IMG/VR virus record: IMGVR_UViG_3300047454_000095
Direction: 5' to 3' (one strand)
Length of the DNA: 64,000 bases
Origin: a virus
Shown here: in pieces, positions 29,601 through 39,363 of the stretch
Layout: the number at the start of each line of letters is the position of its first letter
Numbering within the stretch: the stretch's first letter is position 1
Program-made: the position numbers and the translations under genes
The notes under the pieces: model-generated
Told to the model about the DNA's origin: nothing
Databases searched by the model: none
The model's input: only the letters and a program-made list of their open reading frames with translations

Positions 29601-32600
29601 CTGTATGTTCCGCCACTTCTTGTAACTGTAAAGATTGCACCCGAACCTGAATTGTTTTGATTATTACCTTGGATTGCTGTTACACTGCCACTTCCTGTAG
29701 CACCTGTACCAGTAAATGAAACTCCTGTAATTCCTCCACCTGAGTCAACACTTGTAATAGTAATTGTTAAATCGTTTGTTGGACTTGCACCACTTAAATT
29801 AGTTCCGTTGATTACAATCTCTTGATCAACACCGTAATTAAATCCTGCACTGTCAATACTAACTGTGTAAGTACCACCTGCTAATCCAATTTGGAATTGT
29901 ACACCGTTACCAACTACTCTTTGAATGTTAATTACGTTTGGATAAGATTTAGTATTAACTGCTGTACCTGAAATACTTGTTCCTGTAATAGCACCGTTAA
30001 CATCAACTGATGAAATTGTAATTGTTAAATTGTTTACACCGTCAGTACCACCTAACTCTGAACCAAGTATTGTAAAGTTCTCTGCCGCCAAGTAACCTGA
30101 ACCTGCGTTAGTAACAGTAATTGAATAAACTGTACCAATTCTCTGTACGTTAAACGAAGCATCAACACCGTTAACTGTTGTAGAAGTGTTTGCAGGATTA
30201 CTGTAAGTTACATCTGCGTCAACTGCTGTACCTGTTGCACTTACACTTGTAATTGATCCGCCAGCACCAATACCAGTAACTGTCATAACACAATCGTTTG
30301 TACTATCAGCGCCACCTAAATCGAAACCACTAATTTTAATTACATCACCAACAGTATAACCTGTTGATGTATCTGGTGATGCCATTGAAACTGTATAAGC
30401 ATTATTAGTATATACAACATCAAAATTACCATCACTACCAAGTCCGCCTGATAAGTTACCTTCTTGATTAAAGAATGTACCATTACCATCAAAGCCTACA
30501 CCTGATTCTGTAAATGTTAATACTTCTCCAAGAGTGTCAACAGTATCAATAAGAATTGTTAAATCGTTTGCACCGTCAGCACCTCCAAGTTGTTGTCCAC
30601 CAATTTGTATTCTATCACCAACTTTATAATCTGTACCAGCGGCGTTTAGTGCTGTTGTATATACACCAGATGTTCTTGTAACATCAAAACTTGCACCGTT
30701 ACCAATTGAAGTATCATTATTACCAGTAACTCCTACATAGTTTACTGTGTTACCAACAAGAATTCTTGTTGTTGCTTCTGATAATGTTAAATCATTACCT
30801 GCAACATTTGTTACGAAAGTTGCTGTACCATCACCTCTATCAAGACCAGCACCAACTTCAACTGCTGTAGCATCTTCAACTGTAATTTGTGTTGAACCTT
30901 GTGCTATATCTGATGTCAATACAGGCGTATCAATAATTGATCCTGTACCTGTTACACCAGTAACCTGAGAACCTAATGGTATACCGCCTGGTACTGCTAC
31001 AAGTGGAGCACCAAGTGCCGGTACTGCACCAGTAAATGTAATTCTGTCTGCTCCGGTTGCCGCCGCCAATGGCATAGTAAATGATCCTGATGAACCTTGT
31101 GTAGTAACTTCGAATGTTGGAGTGTCACCCTGAATACTTGCACCTGTGTAAAATGCCGCTTGTCTTAAAATTGTATAGAACGTTACAAGTGATGTACCTG
31201 CTGATATTCCAACTTTAGCCTTTGCGTAATATGTAAAAGTTGTATTATCAACAACACTGTTAATAATAAATGTACCTTCAGCACGACCGTTACCTGCAAC
31301 CTCTCCTGCTAAACCTCTAATAGTAATTGGATTACCTTCTTCAAATCCATGTGGTGCAGTTGTTGTTACAGTAATTAAGGATTGACCAACTCCGCTACTG
31401 CCTGATGATGCATCAGTAGTAACACCTGCAACCCCTGTATCAGTGCCTGGTACTTCGTATGTTGATGGATAACCACGCATTGTACCAATCGCTTGCCACT
31501 TGGTAGGCTGTAGTCCGTACTCAAAGTCAGCGTCAAGCATTGATAGAGCGTTTGCAACTCTGTGTCTTTCAATTGCGTCAGTACCAAAGTCATATGGTCT
31601 AACTTTTAAGTCACCTTGATCAACAAAAATTTGTAATGTATCTGTGTCTGACCATACAGTAACTTTTTCTTCTGATGGTAAAACTGAAAGTCCACCTGTA
31701 ATTACATCTGTAAGTATTTTTGCTAATTCTGTAACACGATCCTGAGCACCTAATTCGCTTGCCGCACCTAAGAAATATTGTGTAGTTTCCGGAGTACCTG
31801 TTTGTTTAGTTGGATATACTGTTTTAGGTAAGATGTAATTGTTAATTAAATCTCGCATAAAGTTTTTCGCGGCAATTTCTTGCTCACGTGTACCGTCAAT
31901 CTGTGGTGTAGGACCTACCCAATATTTTGATGCTGTATCTCTTACATATTCATTACCACCGTAACGTAAATCTTTTAACATTGCATCAATGTTATATCCT
32001 GTATCTCTTTCACACTTAGGTGAATTGTAAGTATAACCGTCCCATATACTTCCTGCTGTTGCGTTAGTAACGTTATCTACAATCCAAGCACGTACTTCGT
32101 CTTTAATAAATTCTTTGTTGTTTAAAATTAATGCTCTTGAACCTGTAAGGAATTCTGTGTTTGTTGTATCAGTATCAAATAATACTTGTGTAATTGTATC
32201 AGTATTTTCAAGAAACTTTTGAAAGTAAAAGTATGTTGGTGTAAATTCTACTGACTCATATGCATATCTTACTCCTGCGCCTTTACCTGGATCACTAAAA
32301 TTAAATAGAACCTGGTTAACAGTTGTATCAGTAATTAGTAGTAAATTATCTTGTGTAACTTTTGTTGGAAAAATTGCTCTACTAATTTCCGCTCTATGAA
32401 AGTCTGGCATTGCATCAAGACCTGAAACAATAACAGTACCAATAGTATCAACAAGTACTTTTTTTACCTGTGCCGCCGCTGTTGATTCAGAAACGTATTC
32501 ATCATTTTTATATTGATAAGTTACTGCTGGTGATTGTTTAGTTGTATAATCAGTATTTGTTAAAATGTAGTTGTTAATAATATCAACACACTTTGCCTTT

Positions 32601-33256
32601 GCCGCTTTCTCTGGCAACCTATCGCCGTCAATTTGTGGTAATGCTCCATCCCAATATGTTGAAGCAAGATAACGTGCTTGTTCGTTACCGTTGTATCTTA
32701 AATCGTGTAATAATCCACCTGGTTGATCTTGTACAGGATTATAAGTGTCACCACCAATAAGGTTGTAACCCATATCTCTTTCACACTTGTCATCACTGTC
32801 ATTTGTGTAACCATACATCACACTCTTTGTACCATCTGCTGATGCACTTTGGAATGCGTGTGCTAATTGATTTGTACTTGTACCTGCGTTAATTGTAATT
32901 GTGTTTGCATCTGGAACAGCATCAACTTTAATGATATCAGGAGTAGTTGAATGAGGAATTGCTTGTTGATCAAAAGTAATTGCACCTGCTTCAAACTTAA
33001 TATAGTCACCTACTTGATAAGGGTGACCTGTAATAGTAAGTGTCATTACACCTGTTGTAGGTTCGTAAGTTGCACTTGTTGGTGTATGAACACCTGCTGT
33101 TACTTGTCTTGTAATTGCATCGTTAATCCAAGCACGAGTTTCGTCTTTTAGAAACTCAACGTTTTGTTGGATTAGGTAGTAAGCATTCGGGTGATAGTTT
33201 CCACTAATAGGAATTCCTGTATGGAAAATATAATCATTAATTTTAGTCTTTGCCAT
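26642..33256 (-). CDS. 2204-aa virion structural protein (fiber/baseplate type)
   Basis: T/G/S-rich; KCERDxGY...DLRYxGN modules; five tandem beta repeats; TTxPHG motifs. Confidence 0.7.
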   Translation of the reverse strand: MAKTKINDYIFHTGIPISGNYHPNAYYLIQQNVEFLKDETRAWINDAITRQVTAGVHTPTSATYEPTTGVMTLTITGHPYQVGDYIKFEAGAITFDQQAIPHSTTPDIIKVDAVPDANTITINAGTSTNQLAHAFQSASADGTKSVMYGYTNDSDDKCERDMGYNLIGGDTYNPVQDQPGGLLHDLRYNGNEQARYLASTYWDGALPQIDGDRLPEKAAKAKCVDIINNYILTNTDYTTKQSPAVTYQYKNDEYVSESTAAAQVKKVLVDTIGTVIVSGLDAMPDFHRAEISRAIFPTKVTQDNLLLITDTTVNQVLFNFSDPGKGAGVRYAYESVEFTPTYFYFQKFLENTDTITQVLFDTDTTNTEFLTGSRALILNNKEFIKDEVRAWIVDNVTNATAGSIWDGYTYNSPKCERDTGYNIDAMLKDLRYGGNEYVRDTASKYWVGPTPQIDGTREQEIAAKNFMRDLINNYILPKTVYPTKQTGTPETTQYFLGAASELGAQDRVTELAKILTDVITGGLSVLPSEEKVTVWSDTDTLQIFVDQGDLKVRPYDFGTDAIERHRVANALSMLDADFEYGLQPTKWQAIGTMRGYPSTYEVPGTDTGVAGVTTDASSGSSGVGQSLITVTTTAPHGFEEGNPITIRGLAGEVAGNGRAEGTFIINSVVDNTTFTYYAKAKVGISAGTSLVTFYTILRQAAFYTGASIQGDTPTFEVTTQGSSGSFTMPLAAATGADRITFTGAVPALGAPLVAVPGGIPLGSQVTGVTGTGSIIDTPVLTSDIAQGSTQITVEDATAVEVGAGLDRGDGTATFVTNVAGNDLTLSEATTRILVGNTVNYVGVTGNNDTSIGNGASFDVTRTSGVYTTALNAAGTDYKVGDRIQIGGQQLGGADGANDLTILIDTVDTLGEVLTFTESGVGFDGNGTFFNQEGNLSGGLGSDGNFDVVYTNNAYTVSMASPDTSTGYTVGDVIKISGFDLGGADSTNDCVMTVTGIGAGGSITSVSATGTAVDADVTYSNPANTSTTVNGVDASFNVQRIGTVYSITVTNAGSGYLAAENFTILGSELGGTDGVNNLTITISSVDVNGAITGTSISGTAVNTKSYPNVINIQRVVGNGVQFQIGLAGGTYTVSIDSAGFNYGVDQEIVINGTNLSGASPTNDLTITITSVDSGGGITGVSFTGTGATGSGSVTAIQGNNQNNSGSGAIFTVTRSGGTYSLVVATDDGSSYEVGNRIIIPGDQLGGATPTNDLTLRCTQESTEGDFVGINVSGTAVSGETLNTYSSVTMSEETTAPIAGSSVVTYSALASIRITFQTPHGLVPGNSFAVTTTSGDGVNNHELASGPFSATAVPSLTQLEYQCRSPGNIDTGTNNDEPIIGNVYPRPDSFFIHRPYDGGVQLGTGGPQHGSQAIRQSKKYIRYQSGKGIMYTTGALFAPSYNILNITSASTAQGAIITVTTDETEHGLQIGGVVRIIGVKTVGYNGTYTVTDINDENTFEIVAQGALGSTTPELTSECQVSVNKFHGATVRSGAFDDQNGIFFEYDGTQFSAVQRTATLQLAGTVNINVDSNTCTGTNTRFREQLKAGDRIVLKGMTHVVSQVVNNTTMYLTPDFRGVTDVQASKICLVKDKKTEQKDFNRDRMDGTGPSGYNLDISKMQMVGIQYSWYGAGFIDYMLRGADGNFVFCHRMRNSNVNTEAFMRTGNMPVRYEITNEGPSGKLASDITDSQTIIPLQDASFFPPEGGIVYIDAEMIRFTGVDGKNLTGCTRSSPMTNFASGATRTYTGGVAATHDRNTGVVLVSNTISPNISHWGSAFITDGGFDSDRGYLFSYKATGVSISTTRYTSFLIRLAPSVSNALVGDLGERELLNRAQLLLEGLEVTTDQPAGSDTGGIVIEGVLNPQNYPLNPNDIGWAGISGVAQGGQPSFAQIAPGGSVNWSSDTQETTTAVTVEDEQTATLLSSTIYNNRSNRNYIFIARSNNGPSPNIDDAFDNPSDILGAPITGTSIPANSTVTQVYAPSGSQYGYIRISNNTNANINRTATTFTVSNQGDAFVNSNFLYLDKSSLDTAGVTPGTEVAASDSNWPSGTQVTSITEERFGASGTYYYKVNFSQSANTTINAAGTVTFIFRNPPYAQPGETIFSFIAQPGERSTLDLAFIKELTNTTLGGRGTFPNGPDVLAINVYKTSGAAITGNVILRWSEAQA
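29440..30710 (-). repeat. Five tandem ~95-aa beta-rich repeats inside the 2204-aa protein
   Basis: Recurring FxVxRxxGxYT...GxxYxVGxxIxIxGxxLGG...NDLTI pattern; boundaries approximate. Confidence 0.75.
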
Positions 33257-33261
33257 TTACG

Positions 33262-34296
33262 TTAAACTCCTAATGCAATAGCCAACGCTGTTGCTGTACT
33301 ATCTACGTATGCTTTGTTTGTCAATTCTTTTTCAGTCACCGGTCTTTGTTGTCCTATTGCTTTTGTGAACGTTGCGTCCGCAGGAGTTACATTTCCTATT
33401 ACAGTACTATTTAACCCATTTGAGGCATTCAACGCTAAGAACGAACCATCTCTTGCAGTAGTTTGTCCTATCGACATGTTATTTATTGATCCTATACCAC
33501 CTGTATCTAATGTTAATACTCCTGTTCCGCTTGGTGTAATTGTAACATTATCATCAACTGGACTTAATGTTACTGTATCTGTAGCAGTCAACGTCAATGC
33601 ATTTACATACATATTGCTCATTGTACCCTGTCCTACAGGGTTAATTATTACACTACCATATGCACCTTGTGGAGCAATCTGAATTTCTGCATCTTGACCT
33701 GTAAATGTAACATCACCGATAACATTTAAACTACTAAATGCACCCACACCTGTAATGGTTGGATCTGATGTAGTTATAGTTCCGTAAATAGTACCGTCAC
33801 CAGTAGCGTAATATAATGTCTCTGGTGCAAGTGCTGGAACCTTAAATGTTACAACCCCATTGGATTTACCTTGTGCTTGTAATTCTGTTAGTGTTTCATT
33901 GGTGTTTGGATCTACATAACTTAAACCATCGCTATAAAATATAACAGGAACAAGATTAATTAATGTTGCTGATTGTGCAGTTGGATCAACATAAAAAATA
34001 TTAAAAGTTAAGAAAGGAAAGTTTGCTAAATCAAATGAATACGTTGTACCTCTTACTAAACTAAATGAAGGGTTTTCCGCTGGAATTTGTGTACCTGTGT
34101 TGTATGTTGTATTCTCAATAAATGCAGATGAATTACCTTCACCTGACTGTCTCATGTAGAATCTATTTTCAACAATTTCTTCTTCTACAACAGAATATGT
34201 TAGACTTTTAAGTGTAACGTTACCTTCAGCATCAACACTAAATCCAGGACTCTTAAATCCGTGTTCTGCTTCTAACGGTATGTAGTTTACAGCCAT
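33262..34296 (-). CDS. Virion structural/fiber-like protein
   Basis: Beta-repeat C-terminal half, ends KAYVD...ALAIALGV. Confidence 0.6.
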   Translation of the reverse strand: MAVNYIPLEAEHGFKSPGFSVDAEGNVTLKSLTYSVVEEEIVENRFYMRQSGEGNSSAFIENTTYNTGTQIPAENPSFSLVRGTTYSFDLANFPFLTFNIFYVDPTAQSATLINLVPVIFYSDGLSYVDPNTNETLTELQAQGKSNGVVTFKVPALAPETLYYATGDGTIYGTITTSDPTITGVGAFSSLNVIGDVTFTGQDAEIQIAPQGAYGSVIINPVGQGTMSNMYVNALTLTATDTVTLSPVDDNVTITPSGTGVLTLDTGGIGSINNMSIGQTTARDGSFLALNASNGLNSTVIGNVTPADATFTKAIGQQRPVTEKELTNKAYVDSTATALAIALGV

Positions 34297-34311
34297 ACTA
34301 TATTCTCCTCA

Positions 34312-34731
34312 TTATGCAGGTACCAATACGTTTTGTGTTTGATAATAGTTTGCACTGAATACACATTTTGCACCACGTCCTGGTGCTGAATCATCTAATG
34401 GTTTTGCATTAACAATAATGTTTACGTAACTGTCATTAACTGTAGCAGTTACATCAAGAATTTGATTTCCTAAGTTGCTACGTCCATATACAACTAATTC
34501 TGCTGTGCTTGGACCAGCAACTACTAAACACTTAACAATCTCTTTTTGAAATGTGCTTAGATCAGCAACAATAGTGTATTCTGCCGCACAAAAATCACCT
34601 ACAAGCCATCTGTCAAGCAGTGTATCTTCTGTGATTTTCTTCCATGGTCCGTGATAACTTAAATTAGTACCGTTTTTCATTAGTACTGTGTTCTTTAAGC
34701 CTTTACCGAAAAATTTACCAATATCAAACAT
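34312..34731 (-). CDS. Hypothetical late/virion protein
   Basis: TAAATA promoter and GAGG Shine-Dalgarno. Confidence 0.55.
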   Translation of the reverse strand: MFDIGKFFGKGLKNTVLMKNGTNLSYHGPWKKITEDTLLDRWLVGDFCAAEYTIVADLSTFQKEIVKCLVVAGPSTAELVVYGRSNLGNQILDVTATVNDSYVNIIVNAKPLDDSAPGRGAKCVFSANYYQTQNVLVPA

Positions 34732-34768
34732 AATAGTCCTCTTTAGTATATTTATCGCTTAAGAAGAT

Positions 34769-36583
34769 TTAATTTTTGACTGTAATAAGTTTAGAATATT
34801 CGGGCAAATATAGGTATTCTACGTCGGATTTAGCAAGTGTACGTACAGCATCATCCAATGTTTCAACTAAAGGTTCACCACCTAAATTAAAACTTGTGTT
34901 AAACACCATAGGAACACCTGTTTTTTCTTTAAATGCTTTAATTAAATTGTAGTAGTTTTTGTTCTGCTTTTCGTTCACCGTTTGTATACGACAAGTTCCG
35001 TCTACGTGTATAATAGCAGGAATCTTTTGTTCAATGCCTGGTTGACAGTTTACAGCATACATCATTGTAGGTGAACTTTTCATACCGCGTAAGTCAAACC
35101 ATTCATGTACATCTTCTTCAAGAATAGTTCCAGCAAATGGTCTGAAATATTCTCTGCGTTTTACTTTGTTTACATGATCCTTACCATCTGGATCTGTTGG
35201 ATCATATAAGAAACTTCTGTTACCTAAAGCACGTGGACCGTTCTCACTTTGACCTTGGAATACAGCAACAATATTCTTATCAGAGATTAAATCAACAATA
35301 TATCCATCTGAAGTATCAAATACTTCTGCTTCATGCTTCTCTGCTATAATGCTAATTTCTTCGTCAGTATAATGATAATGTGGTCCGTTGTATAATGTAT
35401 CAACTGCTTCGTGTCTACTGCTGTCGTTTGTAATAAGTCTATGCTGAATCATTGCCGCACCCATTGCCGTACCAGCGTCATTACTAACAGGCTCAACATA
35501 TAAATTAATGCCTTCGTCTTTTAGTTCTTCTAAGTACCAATAATTTGCAACACAGTTTAATCCATAACCACCACTAAGAACAATATTCTTATTACCAGTC
35601 ATCTTAACTGCTTTTCTAATTAAGTCAGCAACTTGTTTTTGCGTTTGTGTTTGCACAGCATACGCCATGTCTCTTCTGTTATCTAATTTTGTAACATCTT
35701 CTTCTTGACCTTGACGGTCTCTTGTTTCTTCAATAAAGTTTTTATTAACATAAGCACCATTAGGGTATGTTGGAATAATTACATTTCTATTTGATAACGG
35801 ATTTGTTAAATCTTCTGTAAACAATTTAGGAATATTATTGTTTTCTTTACCATATGGAAATAGTCCCATAGTCTTACCTGCTTCAATAAAACTAAAGCCA
35901 CAGTATTCAGTTACTGCTTCATATGTTTTTACAATACCTGCTGTTTCACTAATAACAATTTCAGGTATAGTTCCGTCACCTTCACCGAAAAAGTCTGCGT
36001 TAAACTTTGGATATTCAGCACCAACAAGTGGACCATAAGTACCTAAATGTTTGTACACTGTTTTAATAGTTGCAGGATATTCACAAGTGTAAATGCTTTC
36101 TGTTTCCCAAAGTGTAGTTGGATTGTTAGGATCACCGCCCATGTTTGCAGTAAAGAAAGTTCCAGCACCATCTACGATAACTGCTGTTGCAGTATCAAAT
36201 CCTGAATTATAAAAACTTAATCCAGCATGTAGTTTGTGATGAAAATAACTTAGGTCAATTACTTGTGGGTGTTTAGGAAGTAACTTAGGATCTCTATCAA
36301 TAAGTCCTAACTTACGTGCAATACCTGTATAAACATCGTCTCCTGTAAAGTCAACTTGACCTGCTGTTGCTTCTAAACTTTGTGTATGTGCAATACAAAT
36401 ATAATCTAACTTGTCAGTATAATCAAGTATTTTCATCATAGATGCATACGGACCTCCGTCATACTTGTGTCTACTTAAACGTTCTTCTTCAATAGAAAAT
36501 ACTACTTCTCCGTCTTGAAGTAAACATACTCCTCCGTTATGTCCTCTGGCTATTCCTGCTATCCACAATGTTGGTTTCTTCAT
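34769..36583 (-). CDS. O-carbamoyltransferase (NodU/CmcH/TobZ family)
   Basis: EEERLSRHK, HHKLHA, VDGAG, GKTMGL, LSGGYGLNC, NDAG, GPRALGNRS, FRPFA, NTSFN. Confidence 0.93.
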   Translation of the reverse strand: MKKPTLWIAGIARGHNGGVCLLQDGEVVFSIEEERLSRHKYDGGPYASMMKILDYTDKLDYICIAHTQSLEATAGQVDFTGDDVYTGIARKLGLIDRDPKLLPKHPQVIDLSYFHHKLHAGLSFYNSGFDTATAVIVDGAGTFFTANMGGDPNNPTTLWETESIYTCEYPATIKTVYKHLGTYGPLVGAEYPKFNADFFGEGDGTIPEIVISETAGIVKTYEAVTEYCGFSFIEAGKTMGLFPYGKENNNIPKLFTEDLTNPLSNRNVIIPTYPNGAYVNKNFIEETRDRQGQEEDVTKLDNRRDMAYAVQTQTQKQVADLIRKAVKMTGNKNIVLSGGYGLNCVANYWYLEELKDEGINLYVEPVSNDAGTAMGAAMIQHRLITNDSSRHEAVDTLYNGPHYHYTDEEISIIAEKHEAEVFDTSDGYIVDLISDKNIVAVFQGQSENGPRALGNRSFLYDPTDPDGKDHVNKVKRREYFRPFAGTILEEDVHEWFDLRGMKSSPTMMYAVNCQPGIEQKIPAIIHVDGTCRIQTVNEKQNKNYYNLIKAFKEKTGVPMVFNTSFNLGGEPLVETLDDAVRTLAKSDVEYLYLPEYSKLITVKN

Positions 36584-36584
36584 A

Positions 36585-37517
36585 TTAAAATCCTACGTAT
36601 CCTATGTGATTATAATCAACTACCTCTTTTAAAATTGCTTCTTCGAAACTTAAAAGGTCGCGATTTTCATCTTTTAGTTTATCTAATAGTTCAACTGTAC
36701 TATGTTGTTTATCGTTATTTTTGCTTTTAAGGCCCAAACTTGGACGAACTACTTCGTTCAAGTAATCATAATGTTGCCAATGACTTGGGTGTGGTTCCAT
36801 CCAATCTTCATTTGTATTTGGGTCGTAAAAATCATAATGTTTTTCTTTACGTTTCCAAGCAAACAAACCTAAAGGTTCTAACCAATTTGTTTTATCTATG
36901 TTTTCGTAAACTTTTAATTCAGGTCTTTCTTTATATACGTCAACAGTATCAGTTGGTGTTTCTCCAAAGTCATTTATGTTTGGCATGTCTGTACCTAACT
37001 TATTCATATGTCCAATACTTGTCATACGCCATGTACAACCTGTGCTTTCTAATAATCCTTGTGTAAGTATTATTGCATTTTGTCCGTGCATATAATAACT
37101 ATGTTCGTCCCAGAATGTATTAATCCAGTCGTCATTATAGCAAACTTCTCTATTCATGTAATTAAAAATACTGCCTTTAGTTTTCCAACCTATTTCGTCA
37201 GTGTTTCTAATTGCATCGCCTCGCTTACCTTTAAACTCTACAGTTCTAAAAGTATGCCAGTCGTTACGTGTATGTGTACTCCATTGTACAATTACTGTAT
37301 CGTCTTTTGTAAGATTGTTTTTTACGTGGCATTCTGCAACACGTTCTGCAATAGCACGATTGCCTAAACCAGGAAAGCCCCAGTTCTCATAATGATCGAA
37401 TTCATAACCTAAGAAATCAGCATACGTTGGCCACGCATACATGGTAAAACTACAACCAAATACAAATAGTCTATTCTTTTTGTTCTGGTGCTTCTGGGAT
37501 TTCAACTCTTGTTCCAT
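36585..37517 (-). CDS. SGNH/GDSL-like hydrolase-fold protein
   Basis: FGCSFT block-I-like motif, GLGN, C-terminal EPHP. Confidence 0.5.
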   Translation of the reverse strand: MEQELKSQKHQNKKNRLFVFGCSFTMYAWPTYADFLGYEFDHYENWGFPGLGNRAIAERVAECHVKNNLTKDDTVIVQWSTHTRNDWHTFRTVEFKGKRGDAIRNTDEIGWKTKGSIFNYMNREVCYNDDWINTFWDEHSYYMHGQNAIILTQGLLESTGCTWRMTSIGHMNKLGTDMPNINDFGETPTDTVDVYKERPELKVYENIDKTNWLEPLGLFAWKRKEKHYDFYDPNTNEDWMEPHPSHWQHYDYLNEVVRPSLGLKSKNNDKQHSTVELLDKLKDENRDLLSFEEAILKEVVDYNHIGYVGF

Positions 37518-38454
37518 CTTTAACCATACTGTTCACTGACTTAACAACTAAATCTTCTATAGTGTCATTCATTGCCATAATACCTTCATTAGTTCTGTCA
37601 GACCATTCATCTATTGTAATCCTAATAGGACTATAAACTCTTGCACCTTCGCCCATGTCAAGGATGTCAAACTTAGGATTTTCAGGATAAGAAATATTTT
37701 CTTTGAATGTTGAACCAACAACAATAGTTGCTGAACAATCTAAAGCATTAACAATATGTCCGCCTACACTATCACAACCTAAGAAGTGATCTGCGGCTTG
37801 AATAATTCCACACCAGAATCTTAAATCAATGTTTTGTGGAATAGCAACAGGTGCTTTTACACCATGCTTCTGGAACTCAATAGCAATTTCACTCATAAAG
37901 ATTACACCAAAGTCTTTAGAAAGTTTTTTAACAATGTTTACTACGTTCTCTGGATCAAAACTTCTTCCGCTTGGATCACCAATCATTCCGTTTTCGTTAA
38001 CAGTTCCTCTACCAAATGGTTGGAACACAATTACTTTATCTTTTTTAGTTTTTTCTTTTACTTCTTGAATTAACTTAACACCTGACATTGCTTCTTGTTG
38101 GCTAAGTTTAATTGTAGGTCTTGGTAAATCTCTTACACCTTTATTATTAATTTCAATGTCATAACACTGTCCTAAAGACGCTTTCTGATTATAATATTCC
38201 CATACTCTATATGGTTCAGGTGTTTTTAATTCACGATCAATTAACTTATCTTCAAATAAGTTTTTGTGAAATACATCGTATGCTTTTTTGTGTAGTACAG
38301 GGTGTCCTTTATAAAAGTCCATTCCTCCTTCACATACGATAATAAAATCGTCATCTGGGTTTTCTTTATGATAGAGTTCTAAAGCAGGAATACTTGTAAT
38401 AACTCTGCCTGCTCCACCGTTAATAAAAAATGCTGTGTTTCGTTTTGTTGACAT
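37471..38454 (-). CDS. GT-B glycosyltransferase, GT9 (heptosyltransferase)-like
   Basis: GGAGRVITSIPAL and ADHFLGCDSVGGH resemble GT9 GGxGD...P and ADxFIGNDSGPMH. Confidence 0.6.
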   Translation of the reverse strand: MSTKRNTAFFINGGAGRVITSIPALELYHKENPDDDFIIVCEGGMDFYKGHPVLHKKAYDVFHKNLFEDKLIDRELKTPEPYRVWEYYNQKASLGQCYDIEINNKGVRDLPRPTIKLSQQEAMSGVKLIQEVKEKTKKDKVIVFQPFGRGTVNENGMIGDPSGRSFDPENVVNIVKKLSKDFGVIFMSEIAIEFQKHGVKAPVAIPQNIDLRFWCGIIQAADHFLGCDSVGGHIVNALDCSATIVVGSTFKENISYPENPKFDILDMGEGARVYSPIRITIDEWSDRTNEGIMAMNDTIEDLVVKSVNSMVKDGTRVEIPEAPEQKE

Positions 38455-38484
38455 TATATTTTATAGTTCCTTTTATGCAATTAC

Positions 38485-39318
38485 TTATTGTGTAGTTGGT
38501 TTTGTTTCGTCATTCGTGACATAGTCCCAAAAGAAGTGTTGTTGTCCTGTGCGTGGTACTTGTACTACCCACTTGCCATCAACTAATACTCCGCTCGGAC
38601 TACTTGTTGGTAAGTCTTCTCTTTCACCAAACTTATCACAGCAACTATCGACAGTAATAATAGGAATACCATATTGTGAACTCATCATACGTAGGTGTAC
38701 GTCATGCCATTCCATCCATAAACTGTCTTGACTGTTTCCTCTATCTCCATTTGTAGCATGTAATATAACTTCTACTTGATGTATACTTGCCATTAATGGT
38801 AGACTTGGTGCGTTAAATCTAAATCCATTACCCCAAAAATCATTACATATCATTCCGCATGTTCTCACACCGTCAAGATAATGTGTTTTAGTTGTTCCTG
38901 GTGGATCTGCTAATACTTGATCCCAACTATGATGTGGACTATCTTCCCCACCAACGATATATTGTTTGTTAGTTGCTCCAAGTAATTCGCCTTGTTTATC
39001 GTAATATCTAATTTGATTTTTTCTAATACTTCCTCTATGCTCAACATCAACCCATAATGTACCAAGTGCAATACCCATTCCTTTTGAGTTTGCATGTGTA
39101 ATTACTCTGTATGCAGATTTGGCTAAATCAGGCATACCATTTTCTAATACTAAATCAAAGTTTGGAAAATAACCTGATAGTGAACCTTCAGGTGTTAGTA
39201 ACCAGTCGCAGTTATTTTCTGCGGCCCAGTCAATTGCCTTAATGATACTTGCTTCATTCTTTTCAAGATTCTGTGTTACAGGTATTTGAGCACCCGCAAA
39301 TCTAACTGTATTACTCAT
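38485..39318 (-). CDS. Carbon-nitrogen hydrolase (nitrilase superfamily)
   Basis: Complete E-K-C triad: TPEGSLSGY, NKQY, MICNDFW. Confidence 0.9.
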   Translation of the reverse strand: MSNTVRFAGAQIPVTQNLEKNEASIIKAIDWAAENNCDWLLTPEGSLSGYFPNFDLVLENGMPDLAKSAYRVITHANSKGMGIALGTLWVDVEHRGSIRKNQIRYYDKQGELLGATNKQYIVGGEDSPHHSWDQVLADPPGTTKTHYLDGVRTCGMICNDFWGNGFRFNAPSLPLMASIHQVEVILHATNGDRGNSQDSLWMEWHDVHLRMMSSQYGIPIITVDSCCDKFGEREDLPTSSPSGVLVDGKWVVQVPRTGQQHFFWDYVTNDETKPTTQ

Positions 39319-39363
39319 ACAATTATTTAAGTATTGGGTGTAGTGTTTAGTGTGAGATTTGGC

